Source: an uncultured Phocaeicola sp.
GTDB lineage: Bacteria; Bacteroidota; Bacteroidia; Bacteroidales; Bacteroidaceae
Length of the DNA stretch: 64,000 bases
Reading direction: 5' to 3'
NCBI GenBank assembly: GCA_948566455.1
Contig: CAOYQO010000003.1
Coordinates: 48,709-112,708, forward strand
The notes beneath the pieces are model-generated. The model saw only the letters and a program-made list of their open reading frames with translations. It made no database searches and was not told the DNA's origin. The translations under genes were made by a program, and so were the position numbers. Within the stretch, counting starts at the first letter, position 1, and the number at the start of each line of letters is the position of its first letter. Shown here piece by piece: positions 19,464 to 30,760 of the stretch.

Positions 19464-21950
19464 ATGTATCAAATAAAAAACATCGTTATCATTTTTTTCT
19501 TGATGCTTGTTCCTGTCGGAGTAACAGCCCAATATCAGAAAGCACAGGAAAAAGCCCCTTTGGTCAATGTACCTTTGGAAAATTTTGCATCACAGCAGAA
19601 AGTCCTTTTTAACTTTGGCTGGAAATTCCAGTTGGTTACAAACGAGAATAAAAATACCGATTTCGCCTCACCTGCCTTGGATGACTCTTCCTGGCGTACA
19701 TTGGACCTTCCTCATGATTTCCAGTTCGAACAACCCTGGACTGAAAATGGTGGAGGTGCACGCGGATTCAAACCTATGTGTGAAGGATGGTATCGCAAGT
19801 CTTTCCCTACCGATCCGTCGTGGAAAGGGAAACGGGTAGTCTTGGATTTCGGAGGCATCATTTATTGGGGCGATGTCTATCTGAACGGTACCAAAATAGT
19901 CTCGACAGATTATGGATATGTGGGACTTGAAGCGGACCTTACCCCTTTTCTACGTCACGATGGAGAAAATGTGGTAGCTGTCTATGCCTCTACCGGTCCC
20001 AAGAAAGGTTCACGCTGGTACACGGGAGGCGGTCTGTTCCGTGATGTATATCTGCAGGTGCAGAATCCCACACACATCGCCCGCCATGGGGTGTATATTA
20101 CTACCCCCGAGGTTTCCTCTTCTCGGGCAACGGTAGCCGTACAGGTTGAGGTGGACGGCTGGCAGAAACATGACGTACGGATACGGACCACCCTCCGCAA
20201 TCCGGAAGGTGTCATAGTAGGCTCCGTGCAATCCGGTATGCCCGAACATACGCACCAAACCTGTACGGAAGTGAAATTACCGGCGCTTACTCTGGAGAAT
20301 CCACAACTTTGGTCATGTGACTCTCCGCAACTTTATAGTGCTGATGTAGTTGTGATGGCGGACGGTATGGTAGTGGACAGTCTTACTGAACAGTTTGGTA
20401 TCCGTAAATTGGAATTCTCTTCCGAATTTGGTTTCAGACTCAATGGTGAGAAAATATTCCTAAAGGGAAATGCCAACCATCATGACCTTGGCGCATTGGG
20501 AGCTGCCAGTTACGACAGGGCCATCGAACGCATGATGCTACAACTCAAATCCTTCGGTTACAACTGCATCCGCTGTTCACATAATCCGTACAGTGACAGT
20601 TTTGCCCGCATTGCAGATCGTGTGGGGATGTTAGTAGTGGACGAACTGACGGACAAATGGAGTGACAATGACTATTGGGGCGGACGTCAACCGTTCACCC
20701 ATATCTGGCACAAACTGATTACAGAATGGATCAAACGCGACCGTAATCGTCCGTCCATCATTTTGTGGAGTTTGGGAAACGAGCTTCAGATTCGTGAAGG
20801 ATGGGCAGGTTTTGAAGGAACCAACGATTGGGGAATCACTACCTATAACATCTTCAACCAGCTGGTAAAGAGGTGGGATAATACACGCCTCACTACTGTT
20901 GCCATGTTCCCTGCTCGTGCGGGAGCTATAACCCGACATGACAAGGAGTTCAACGACTATTTGGTGCCGCCCGAACTGGCTTGTGCTACAGAAGTGGCAT
21001 CGTTCAATTACCAGTCGGATAAATATGACGCTTATTTGAAATATAAACCTGACCTTATCTTGTTCCAGAGTGAGGCTGAAACAAGTAATCTGTTACAGCC
21101 TTATTATAATATGGATAGAAAACGGACGGTGGGCATGGCCTATTGGGGATCCGCCGAGTATTGGGGAGAATCCAACAAGTGGCCCAAGAAAGGCTGGAAT
21201 TACTCTTTCTTTGACCATACCATGCGTCCCTATCCCCAAGCCTACCTTATTAAATCGGCTTTCATGCCAGAAATTCCCGAAGTACATATCGGAGTGGTCG
21301 ATGCGGCGGGGGCGGAAAGTGTCAACTGGAATGACGTCATAGTGGGACGCATGGCACTGAACGAGTGCTGGAACCATACTCCGGGCAGCAGACAGTCACT
21401 CTTTACCTTCACTAATGCACATTCTGTAGAGTTATTGGTAAACGGTCAAAGCATGGGAGTCCAAGAAAACGATACGACACAGGCAAACCTGCGTAATATG
21501 ATTTATTGGAAGGATGTTCCTTATGGCAACGGTGGCTCTGTGGTGGCAATAGCCCGTGACAAGTCGGGCAAAGAAGTGGCTCGTCATCATATCGAAACTG
21601 CCGGAAAAGCCGTGGCACTCCGGATTGAGGCGGAAACGCCTGCGGACTGGAAAGCAGACGGTATGGACTTGCAATATATAAACGTAACGGCCATAGACAA
21701 AAAAGGTCGTCCGGTGTGGGACTACAACAAACCACTTACTTTACAAATGGAAGGTGCGGCATGGTTAGTGGCTCTGGATAACGGGGATCATTATACGGAC
21801 GAACTTTTTCATGGCATAACTTCCAAACGAATGTATCAGGGAAGGATGCAAATCATTCTCCGAAGCACGAAAACTCCCAGCAATGTGAAACTGGAAATTA
21901 GTTCTGCTGATTTGAAAGAGAAACTCTCATTAAAGACTTCTTTGAAATAA
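19464..21950 (+). CDS. Glycoside hydrolase family 2 (beta-galactosidase-like)
   Basis: LDLPHDF, RWYTGGGLFRDV, HHDLGALG, IRCSHNP, RDRNRPSIILWSLGNE; start ATG 19464 gives a signal peptide. Confidence 0.92.
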   Translation: MYQIKNIVIIFFLMLVPVGVTAQYQKAQEKAPLVNVPLENFASQQKVLFNFGWKFQLVTNENKNTDFASPALDDSSWRTLDLPHDFQFEQPWTENGGGARGFKPMCEGWYRKSFPTDPSWKGKRVVLDFGGIIYWGDVYLNGTKIVSTDYGYVGLEADLTPFLRHDGENVVAVYASTGPKKGSRWYTGGGLFRDVYLQVQNPTHIARHGVYITTPEVSSSRATVAVQVEVDGWQKHDVRIRTTLRNPEGVIVGSVQSGMPEHTHQTCTEVKLPALTLENPQLWSCDSPQLYSADVVVMADGMVVDSLTEQFGIRKLEFSSEFGFRLNGEKIFLKGNANHHDLGALGAASYDRAIERMMLQLKSFGYNCIRCSHNPYSDSFARIADRVGMLVVDELTDKWSDNDYWGGRQPFTHIWHKLITEWIKRDRNRPSIILWSLGNELQIREGWAGFEGTNDWGITTYNIFNQLVKRWDNTRLTTVAMFPARAGAITRHDKEFNDYLVPPELACATEVASFNYQSDKYDAYLKYKPDLILFQSEAETSNLLQPYYNMDRKRTVGMAYWGSAEYWGESNKWPKKGWNYSFFDHTMRPYPQAYLIKSAFMPEIPEVHIGVVDAAGAESVNWNDVIVGRMALNECWNHTPGSRQSLFTFTNAHSVELLVNGQSMGVQENDTTQANLRNMIYWKDVPYGNGGSVVAIARDKSGKEVARHHIETAGKAVALRIEAETPADWKADGMDLQYINVTAIDKKGRPVWDYNKPLTLQMEGAAWLVALDNGDHYTDELFHGITSKRMYQGRMQIILRSTKTPSNVKLEISSADLKEKLSLKTSLK

Positions 21951-22048
21951 AAAAGCCATGTCTTTATAAAAACAGGAAGTATAAATTCTAGTCTATGGTT
22001 CAGATATCAATGGGCAGGACTATTAGTATATTGAAAAGATAAAAGAAT

Positions 22049-23371
22049 ATGATGAAATATTTATCATTCTTGCTGTTCCTCTTATTGAAAGCAGGAACAG
22101 TCACAGCTCAAAACAATTTAGTAGTCAACGGTATTCCATGGTTTGATGACAAGGGAAATATTGTCAATGCACATGGTGCTTGTATTGTGGAAGAAAACGG
22201 AAGGTATTATCTTTTCGGAGAATGGAAATCGGACAAAAGTAACGCTTTCCCCGGTTTCTCATGTTATTCTTCGGATGACCTTGTAAATTGGAAATTCGAG
22301 AACATTGTCCTTAAGGTCCAACCCGAAGGCATTCTCGGCCCCAATCGCGTAGGTGAGCGTGTAAAAGTGATGAAATGCCCTAAAACGGGCGAGTATATCA
22401 TGCTGATGCATGCCGATGATATGGGATACAAGGACCCTTATATCGGTTTAGCTACCTGCAAAACGATTGCAGGTGACTATCAGTTGCAGGGACCGTTGCT
22501 CTATAAGGGACAACCGGTAAAACGCTGGGATATGGGAACTTTTCAGGACACCGATGGAAAAGGATATTTACTGATTCATCATGGCCCTGTTTATCGGTTA
22601 AGTGATGATTACCGTTCAATAGAGGCTGAAGTGGCCCACATTAAAGGCATGGGCGAATCACCGGCCATGTTCAAAAAGAACGGTGTCTATTTCATGCTTA
22701 CCTCAAACCTGACCAGTTGGGAGAAAAATGATAACTTCTATTTCACGGCTCCCCAGATAGAAGGCCCTTGGACGAAACAAGGACTGTTCTGCCCGAAAGG
22801 CAAGCTGACCTACAATTCGCAAAGTACATTTGTATTCCCGCTGAAATGCGGTAATGATACCATACCTATGTTTATGGGGGATCGTTGGTCTTATCCGCAT
22901 CAGGCCTCAGCCGCCACATATGTATGGATGCCTTTACAAGTGGATGGAACAAAAATATCCATCCCTGAATATTGGCAGGCATGGGACATCAGGAAGCTAA
23001 AACCGGCGGACGCTCTGAACAAAGGGAAAAAGTTGTACGGAGCATGGAAGTCCAATCAAAAAGGAAACGTGTTGGAGATAGCGTTCAAAGGAACTCATGC
23101 TGCTATTGTTGGAGAAACAAACCCTCATGGCGGATATGCCAAAGTAAGTGTATTAAATGCCGAGAAAGATACTGTATATTCTTCATTGGTAGATTTCTAC
23201 AGCAAGTATCCGGAAAAAGCAATTCGAATTATAACACCGAAAATGCCGAAGGCAAATTATACTCTACAGGTTGAAATTACAGGGGTACGACCGGTATGGA
23301 CAGACAAAACAAAAACAATCTATGGGAGTGATGACACTTTCGTAACAATAGACGATATCTATTGTTTTTGA
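22049..23371 (+). CDS. Glycoside hydrolase family 43 (GH43_24-like, putative beta-1,3-galactan-active)
   Basis: NAHGACI..YYLFGE, CYSSDDLVNWK, ERVKV, ESPAMFK, TYNSQST, MGDRW; subfamily is inferred. Confidence 0.8.
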   Translation: MMKYLSFLLFLLLKAGTVTAQNNLVVNGIPWFDDKGNIVNAHGACIVEENGRYYLFGEWKSDKSNAFPGFSCYSSDDLVNWKFENIVLKVQPEGILGPNRVGERVKVMKCPKTGEYIMLMHADDMGYKDPYIGLATCKTIAGDYQLQGPLLYKGQPVKRWDMGTFQDTDGKGYLLIHHGPVYRLSDDYRSIEAEVAHIKGMGESPAMFKKNGVYFMLTSNLTSWEKNDNFYFTAPQIEGPWTKQGLFCPKGKLTYNSQSTFVFPLKCGNDTIPMFMGDRWSYPHQASAATYVWMPLQVDGTKISIPEYWQAWDIRKLKPADALNKGKKLYGAWKSNQKGNVLEIAFKGTHAAIVGETNPHGGYAKVSVLNAEKDTVYSSLVDFYSKYPEKAIRIITPKMPKANYTLQVEITGVRPVWTDKTKTIYGSDDTFVTIDDIYCF

Positions 23372-23477
23372 GTCATCCCCAAAACGATAGATAGATGTTT
23401 TATTGATGGGTCCCTGTTTGTTGTTAGAAAGACTGATAGGGGAATAAAGGACAAATAAAATCAAGTAAAAAGAGAAC

Positions 23478-24854
23478 ATGAAAAAAGGATATCTGATTAA
23501 TATTGCAATGGTTCTATCCATTGTTGTTTTGTTCATGTCGTGCGATTCTCGTTCGGCTGACTATCGAATAATTTCAGTGGAAGCACCTTTTCCCATGAAA
23601 CCTATTTGTGAATATATTTTTCCAGAGCGTGACTATGTAATCACAGACTTTGGTGCTGTGGCTGATACAATGTATGTAAATACAGAGGCTATTAAGCAAG
23701 CTGTTTAGGCTTGTTCCAAGGCAGGTGGAGGACGGGTGGTTATTCCTGCCGGTGAGTGGGTGACAGGTCCTATTCACTTGGCCAATAATGTAAACTTGCA
23801 TTTGAAAAAAGATGCGTTAGTACGTTTTACTGATAACCCGAAAGACTATTTGCCTGCTGTGATGACCACGTGGGAAGGTATGGAATGTTATAACTATTCC
23901 CCACTTGTCTATGCGTACAACTGCGAAAATGTGGCAATTACAGGAGAAGGAACACTTGCTCCGAAAATGGAAACATGGAAGAAATGGTTTAAGCGCCCGA
24001 TTGCTCATATGAATGCTTTAAAAAAACTTTATACAATGGCATCAACTGATGTTCCTGTGCAGCAACGGCAGATGGCGGTATCTGAGAATAATTTACGTCC
24101 TCATTTAATTCAGTTTAATCGGTGTAGAAATGTATTACTTGATGGTTTTAAAATCCGGCAAAGTCCTTTTTGGACTATTCATTTCTATTTATGTGATGGG
24201 GGGATTGCCCGTAATCTTGATGTTTATGCACATGGACATAATAATGATGGAATAGATTTGGAAATGAGTCGTAATATCTTGATTGAAAAGTGTAAATTTG
24301 ATCAGGGTGATGATGGTGTGGTTATTAAATCGGGACGTAATCAGGATGCTTGGAGATTAAATACACCAACAGAAAATGTAGTAATTCGTGATTGTCATAT
24401 AGTTAATGCGCATACTCTTTTGGGGATTGGAAGTGAGATGTCAGGAGGGGTTCGTAATATTTATATGCATCATTGTGAGGCTCAAGATTCAGTATTTCGT
24501 TTGTTCTTTGCCAAAACAAACCATCGTAGAGGTGGATTTATTGAAAATATTTGGATGAAAAATGTTCGGGCTGGTCGTATGCAGCGAATCATGGAAGTAG
24601 ATACAGATGTGCTCTATCAATGGCGCGATTTAGTACCTACTTATAAGGATAGTGTTACAACTATCCGTGATCTTTATATGGATAGTGTTTGTGTTAATCG
24701 TGCTGAGGTCATTCTTGATTTGAAAGGTGATGAACGATTACCTATTAATAATGTATCAGTTAAAAATATTTATGTAAAAGAATTAACAGATAGCGTGAAG
24801 TATGTAAAAAATGCGAGAAATATTATATTGGAAGGACTGAAGTATAATAATTGA
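23478..24854 (+). pseudogene. GH28 polygalacturonase-like lipoprotein interrupted by an in-frame TAG
   Basis: ORFs 23478-23708 and 23736-24854 share a frame; read-through gives AIKQAV*ACSKAGGGRVVIPAGEW; NNDGID, GDD, IKSG motifs intact. Confidence 0.85.
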
Positions 24855-25063
24855 TAATCTATTTAAAATGAGAGGGCGTTTGGGTAAATAGTTTACTTAA
24901 AAATGATATATTTTATTAGGTAATAGGCTGTAGAATATAAAGGCTATATCAGAGAAATAAGTTATTTTAAAGGTGTTTATTTAAACCGACAAGTTGCAAG
25001 TTCTTGAATTTCTTCCTAGCTTTGTATTCGTTTGTTTTCAACAGGAGTACTTGCGTGAAGAAT

Positions 25064-27853
25064 ATGAAAAACATAGGAAGGATAGTATTACCAATCATTA
25101 TTTTGTTATTGACAGTGCGGATAAATGCCGTTCCGGTCAAAGCATTTGATATGATAGTAAGAAACCTTCCTAATTCGGAACAGTTGCCGACCAAAGAATT
25201 GCTTTGTATTTTCCAGGATTCGGAAGGATATATGTGGTATGGCACTGAAGGGGGAGGCTTGTGTCGTGATGATGGATATACGGTGAAAGTATTCCGTTCT
25301 GATTTCAAGAACCCGGGAATCTTGGAAAACAACAGTGTGACGTGTATTACTGAAGACGGTGAAGGGAAAATATGGTTTGGAACGAAGCGTGGCGCCTATA
25401 TTTTGTCAAAAACAGATTATGAGATAAGGGCGCTTGCTGATGAAACGATAAAGGGTTGGACTATAACTACAATGACAGCGACGTCTGATGGTACGGTCTG
25501 GATTTCGACTAACAGGCACTTGTTTCGATACAATGCGTCAGGGGAAAGAACTGGAAAATACATTCTTAAATGGAAAGGACAGGAGAATACCGTCAATTCT
25601 ATTTATGAGGATAAGAAACAGACTGTTTGGGTAACTCAAGCAAAAGGCGGGCTTTTTTGCTATGATAAGGTAAAGGACTCTTTTATTTCATATCCTTGGC
25701 CCTATGATGAGTATCCCACAAGCATGACGGAAGATCATAACACCCCGTATTATTGGGTTACTACTTGGGGAAAAGGTATTGTACGTTTTGACCCCAAGGC
25801 ACAGGATACGGACAAAATGTTTGGATTGCAAACAGTGGATAATGCGTCTTCTGACTCCGATACCCGAAAGCTTCATCATATTATACAAGATTCTGTTAAG
25901 GGATATTTGTGGGTGACTGCGGCAGATAACTTATATGCCTATAAAATAACGGCCGATGCATCCTTGGATAAGGTAGATCTCTCCCGTTTATTATCAGCTG
26001 ACAGGAAAATCCTCACAAAGATTTTTTCCGATCAATCCGGAAATTTATGGGTGACAGGTTATTATCCTTCTTCTTTCATTATTTCTTTTCTTCCTAATGA
26101 AGTGCTTCCTTTGTCTATGGAAGGGGTAAAGCAAAATTTGGGGATAATCGCGTCTCCTATGCAGTTTTCTCAAGAGAAGAATTATTATTGGATCAGACAA
26201 AAGAAATTGGGGCTGTATGCTTATGATCCCCAAAGAGATCGTATGTCTGTTGTTAAGAATGACAGGGAGCTTTCTTTTTTCTTTGAGAAGCCATCGGATA
26301 GAGAGGGAATCTATATGGTAAGGGATCATTCGGTTATATTAATTCGGTATAAGGAGGACCGGCTTTTTGAATCCATCGTATGTACCATACCCATTAAACA
26401 AGGTGAGCGTATCCGCGCTTTGCATGATGACCGTCGTGGGAATCTTTGGATAGGTACCACTTACCATTTATTCCGGTATAGGATGAAGGATGGCCGATTG
26501 ACTACAGTTTGTGATGATGTTGGTTTTATAAATGCTATCGTTTCGTCTAATGAAGGAGTTGTTTATTTTGCAACTGAAAGTAGAGGGTTGTGGAGAGTTT
26601 CCGGAGAAAGCCGGTTGCAAATAAAGGATACAGGAGAAAATTATTCGGTATTGACTGTCGCACCGGACAACAATCTTTGGGTGGGTACTAAACAGGGCAA
26701 TGTGTATAGTTATTCTCCGGATACGAATGATTTTATTTCCCGGACAAAAGATTGTGGATTGACAGGGGATGCTGTGTTGGATATAAAGTCGGATGACGAT
26801 GGGAATCTTTGGATTCTTACATCACAGCGGGTGATGGTCTATCATCCCGGAACACATATCTTTACTATGATGTCTTGTACTGATTCTTGGATAAATCTGG
26901 AAGATTTCCAGTCATTGTATAAAGGTCCTCGGGGAGAAATGAGTGTGGGTGGACGAGGTGGAATTGTGACTTTTCCTCACTATAATGAAAAAAAGAGGAG
27001 GATACCTGAGCCAACGGTGTGTTTGACATCCGTCGAAATGAATAACACCTCTGAAATCGGGGTGGATAATCAAAAGAAAATAAGCCTGTCTCCTCATGAG
27101 AGAAATGTGAAATTGTTTTTTTCTACTTTTGACCATTTGAATACGAATAAGGTAAGATATGCTTATCGTTATAAACAAAGAAACGATAATTGGGTGGCCT
27201 TTCCGGCAGGGGAAAATAGTATCGGCTTGTCTGATTTGTCAAAGGGGGAATTTGAACTGGAAGTCCGTGCTACAGATGAGAATGGGCTGTGGAGTAAGAG
27301 TACATTGACGGTCATGATCCAATGTTTGCCTGCTTGGTATGAAACAGGCTGGGCGTATTTGTTTTATGTGCTTGTTGTTTTATCGGTTGTTTGGGGATTG
27401 GGCCGGATGTATATGAAATTACGGGAGTCCATTGTTGCACAGACTGTTCTGCCATTGGAACAAAATCCGGAGCAAAGGCAAGAGATAGATCCATTGCCGG
27501 AAGAAGGAAAAGTAGAAGCGAATTCTATTTCAGCATCTGATGAGCAATTAATAAGGAAGGCATTGGATATGGTTGAGAAGAACCTTAGTAATCCTGAATA
27601 TTCCATAGAAGATTTAAGTAGGGATATGTGCATGAGTCGTGCTACTCTTTACCGGAAGATTACATCTATCACCGGAAGTTCGCCTTCTGATTTCGTGAAG
27701 AATGTACGTCTTCGTAAAGCTGCCGAATTATTGAAAGAAGGAGGGCTTTCCATTGCTGAGATAGCTGATCAGGTTGGTTTTAATACGCCTAGTTATTTCA
27801 CAAAATCATTCAAGAAACTGTTTGGGGTGTTGCCTACACAATATAATAAGTGA
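25064..27853 (+). CDS. Membrane-anchored AraC regulator with HTCS-type periplasmic beta-propeller sensor, lacking kinase and receiver domains
   Basis: Propeller repeats (QDSEGYMWYGT, DDRRGNLWIGT), Y_Y_Y-like domain, one TM, then AraC HTH; TAGCTTTG -7 box at 25017-25024 supports ATG 25064. Confidence 0.85.
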   Translation: MKNIGRIVLPIIILLLTVRINAVPVKAFDMIVRNLPNSEQLPTKELLCIFQDSEGYMWYGTEGGGLCRDDGYTVKVFRSDFKNPGILENNSVTCITEDGEGKIWFGTKRGAYILSKTDYEIRALADETIKGWTITTMTATSDGTVWISTNRHLFRYNASGERTGKYILKWKGQENTVNSIYEDKKQTVWVTQAKGGLFCYDKVKDSFISYPWPYDEYPTSMTEDHNTPYYWVTTWGKGIVRFDPKAQDTDKMFGLQTVDNASSDSDTRKLHHIIQDSVKGYLWVTAADNLYAYKITADASLDKVDLSRLLSADRKILTKIFSDQSGNLWVTGYYPSSFIISFLPNEVLPLSMEGVKQNLGIIASPMQFSQEKNYYWIRQKKLGLYAYDPQRDRMSVVKNDRELSFFFEKPSDREGIYMVRDHSVILIRYKEDRLFESIVCTIPIKQGERIRALHDDRRGNLWIGTTYHLFRYRMKDGRLTTVCDDVGFINAIVSSNEGVVYFATESRGLWRVSGESRLQIKDTGENYSVLTVAPDNNLWVGTKQGNVYSYSPDTNDFISRTKDCGLTGDAVLDIKSDDDGNLWILTSQRVMVYHPGTHIFTMMSCTDSWINLEDFQSLYKGPRGEMSVGGRGGIVTFPHYNEKKRRIPEPTVCLTSVEMNNTSEIGVDNQKKISLSPHERNVKLFFSTFDHLNTNKVRYAYRYKQRNDNWVAFPAGENSIGLSDLSKGEFELEVRATDENGLWSKSTLTVMIQCLPAWYETGWAYLFYVLVVLSVVWGLGRMYMKLRESIVAQTVLPLEQNPEQRQEIDPLPEEGKVEANSISASDEQLIRKALDMVEKNLSNPEYSIEDLSRDMCMSRATLYRKITSITGSSPSDFVKNVRLRKAAELLKEGGLSIAEIADQVGFNTPSYFTKSFKKLFGVLPTQYNK

Positions 27854-28064
27854 TGTTTTAGTGATAAGAAGGAGATGGCTTTTGTGGCAGTTGATAGAGG
27901 AATAATTATAAATATGATTCATAAAGTTCAATTAAAGTGTATAAATTTCCATGTTAATGAACAAAAATACATTTTTGGGCTTTATAAATAATGATATATT
28001 TGTAAAATGCTGCTTGGATATTTCAGATTGAAAGAAATAAGGTACTCATTTTACATTTAAGACC

Positions 28065-29501
28065 ATGAAAGAACTAAAGATGTACATCGATGGGCGATTC
28101 ATCGAAAACCAATCCGATAAGTGGATTGATGTATTGAACCCTTCTACGGAAGAAGTGATATCTAAAATGCCTGATGGCACACCGGAAGATGCACGTGCTG
28201 CTATAAATGCTGCCGTGAAGGCACAGCTTTCTTGGGAGAGTCTTACCTCTATTGAACGTGCCGGCTATTTAACTCGGATTGCACAAGGTATCCGCAAGCG
28301 GGAACAGGAATTGACTGATATTATTATCCGGGAGGGTGGAAAAACAAGAGGATTAGCTAATGTAGAGGTGTTATTTACGGCTGATTACCTTGATTATATG
28401 GCTGGATGGGCCCGTCGCTATGAAGGGGAAATCATTCCTAGTGACCGTCCTCACGAAAATATATTTGTCTTTAAGAAACCTATTGGGGTGACAACAGGCA
28501 TCCTGCCTTGGAATTTTCCTTTTTTCTTGATTGCCCGTAAGGCCGCTCCTGCTCTGTTGACGGGGAATACAATTGTGGTAAAGCCGAGTCAGCTGACACC
28601 GGAAAACGCGTATGTTTTCGCACAGATTGTAGATGAAGTTGGGTTGCCTAAAGGTGTATTCAATCTGGTGAACGGTCGTGGTTCGGTGATTGGACATGAA
28701 CTGGCTGCTAACCCTAAAGTAGGTATGGTTAGTCTGACCGGAAGTGTGGAGGCTGGAATACAGACCATGGCAGCCGCTTCTGCCAATGTGACGAAGGTTT
28801 CTTTGGAATTGGGAGGGAAGGCTCCCGGTATTGTAATGCCGGATGCAGATTTGGATTTAGCTGTAAAATCCATTATTGCTTCGCGTGTTATTAATACAGG
28901 ACAGGTATGTAATTGCTGTGAGCGCGTGTATGTACATTCTAGTATAAAAGAGGCTTTCCTTGAGAAACTGTTGGCAGGATTCAAGCAGGTGAAAGTGGGT
29001 GATCCGAATCAGTATACAGACCTCAATATGGGTCCGTTGATTGATGCCAATGCACTGAAATCAGTAGAAGAGAAAGTGAAAAAAGCTATTGAGCAGGGAG
29101 CTGAGTTGCTATGCGGTGGTCATCGTATCGGTACTAAAGGATATTTCTTTGAACCGACGATTTTGATTAATTGTACCCAAAAGATGGATATTATTCAGGA
29201 AGAAACTTTTGGACCGGTACTTCCGGTTGTTGAGTTTACAGAGGTGGAAGACGCCATTGCCTGGGCTAATGATTGTGAATATGGGCTGACTTCTTCTATT
29301 TATACCCAGAACCTGGATATGACATTCAAATTGATTCGTGCGTTGAAATTTGGTGAAACTTATGTGAATCGTGAGAATTTTGAGGCGATGCAGGGATTCC
29401 ATGCCGGATGGCGTAAATCTGGTATCGGTGGCGCGGATGGTAAACATGGGCTGGAAGAGTATTTACAGACGCAGCTGGTTTATTTGGAAACTAAAGGCTG
29501 A
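28065..29501 (+). CDS. aldA: Aldehyde dehydrogenase A (lactaldehyde/glycolaldehyde dehydrogenase)
   Basis: PWNFP, LELGGKAP, GQVCNC, EETFGP, GFHAGWRKSGIGGADGKHG; TATATTTG at 27995-28002. Confidence 0.9.
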   Translation: MKELKMYIDGRFIENQSDKWIDVLNPSTEEVISKMPDGTPEDARAAINAAVKAQLSWESLTSIERAGYLTRIAQGIRKREQELTDIIIREGGKTRGLANVEVLFTADYLDYMAGWARRYEGEIIPSDRPHENIFVFKKPIGVTTGILPWNFPFFLIARKAAPALLTGNTIVVKPSQLTPENAYVFAQIVDEVGLPKGVFNLVNGRGSVIGHELAANPKVGMVSLTGSVEAGIQTMAAASANVTKVSLELGGKAPGIVMPDADLDLAVKSIIASRVINTGQVCNCCERVYVHSSIKEAFLEKLLAGFKQVKVGDPNQYTDLNMGPLIDANALKSVEEKVKKAIEQGAELLCGGHRIGTKGYFFEPTILINCTQKMDIIQEETFGPVLPVVEFTEVEDAIAWANDCEYGLTSSIYTQNLDMTFKLIRALKFGETYVNRENFEAMQGFHAGWRKSGIGGADGKHGLEEYLQTQLVYLETKG

Positions 29502-29686
29502 TTCTCATCATTATTCTATGTAGGATTGTCTCGGGATATAATTCGTATTTTATGTCTCGAGATACATCTTGTTATATGATGGATATTTATTATTGATTTG
29601 GATTGATACTTTAAGAAGTATAGAGTACAAAATACTTGTTGTTTCGTCCTGTTGGAAAAGGTTTATTCATCATAAAACAGCATGCT

Positions 29687-30691
29687 ATGAAATTGTTTTT
29701 TTCCTTCGTTTTTGCCTTATTGGCTTTTACAGCTTGTACAAAACCCGAAAAGGAAGTCTATATCTTCACTTCTCATCGTGAGCCGGCATTGGACGGGTTA
29801 CATTATCTTTACAGCTATGACGGCTATCATTGGGATAGTATCGCAGGTTCATGGTTGAAACCGGAAATAGGAAATAAGACTCCTTATTATAATTATTTCA
29901 CTAAACAGACCGAAGAACAGAAATATGCTCCCAATTCGATGATGCGTGATCCGTCCATGACCCAAGGCCCGGATGGAACTTTCCATTTAGTGTGGACAAT
30001 CAGTTGGAATGGAGAACAGGGATTTGGTTATGCCAGTTCTAAAGACTTGATTCATTGGAGTGAACAACGCGAAATTAAAGTGATGAAAGACTCTTTGACT
30101 AACAATGTGTGGGCACCGGAAGTTTTCTATGATGATGAAAAGGAACAGTTCATCGTTGCCTGGTCTTCTGCCATTCCTGTAGAAAGATATACGGCAGCCG
30201 ATAGTTTGGGAGCTAATAAAAGTCACCGTGCCTATTATACCACGACCAAGGATTTCCAAACGTTTACTCCTGCAAAGGCGTTTTATGATCCGGGATTTAA
30301 TTCTATTGACGGATTTATAGTAAAGCGTGATAAAAACGACTATGTATTAATTATAAAAGACAATCGCAAGCCTGGTTACAGTGATTTGTTCTGTGTATCC
30401 GGGCCATCGGCAGAAGGACCTTATGCTGATCCGTCAGTAAAATTTGCACCGACTTACTCTGAAGGTCCGTGTGCCGTGAAAGTAGGTGATGAATGGTTGA
30501 TTTATTTTGATGTTTATCGGGAAGGACGGTTTGGAGCCGTGTCTACAAAAGACTTCAAGAACTTTACTCCCATTGACGATCAGATTTCTATTCCACAAGG
30601 ACATAAGCATGGTACTATCATAAAAGTTCCCGAATCAGTTTTACTCAACCTGAAAGCGGAGGAAGCTAAAAGATTCCCTCAAAAAGACTAG
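29687..30691 (+). CDS. GH43-like five-bladed beta-propeller lipoprotein
   Basis: Lipobox FTAC from ATG 29687; MRDPS, SSKDLIHWS, VWAPE, SIDG, EGP, KHGT. Confidence 0.78.
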   Translation: MKLFFSFVFALLAFTACTKPEKEVYIFTSHREPALDGLHYLYSYDGYHWDSIAGSWLKPEIGNKTPYYNYFTKQTEEQKYAPNSMMRDPSMTQGPDGTFHLVWTISWNGEQGFGYASSKDLIHWSEQREIKVMKDSLTNNVWAPEVFYDDEKEQFIVAWSSAIPVERYTAADSLGANKSHRAYYTTTKDFQTFTPAKAFYDPGFNSIDGFIVKRDKNDYVLIIKDNRKPGYSDLFCVSGPSAEGPYADPSVKFAPTYSEGPCAVKVGDEWLIYFDVYREGRFGAVSTKDFKNFTPIDDQISIPQGHKHGTIIKVPESVLLNLKAEEAKRFPQKD

Positions 30692-30760
30692 TTATTACCC
30701 AGAATTGTCTGCTTGAATAAGTTACTTTGGGCTTTTGAAATTTATAAGATGAATGCACAA

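Noticed and set aside
23706..23708. Stop-codon reassignment or pyrrolysine read-through
   Set aside because: TAG terminates other genes here (30691, 32224, 43008, 63300) and no pyl genes are present.
29527..29564. Hairpin after aldA as a terminator
   Set aside because: Stem relies on several G-U pairs and lacks a clear U-tract; too weak to call.
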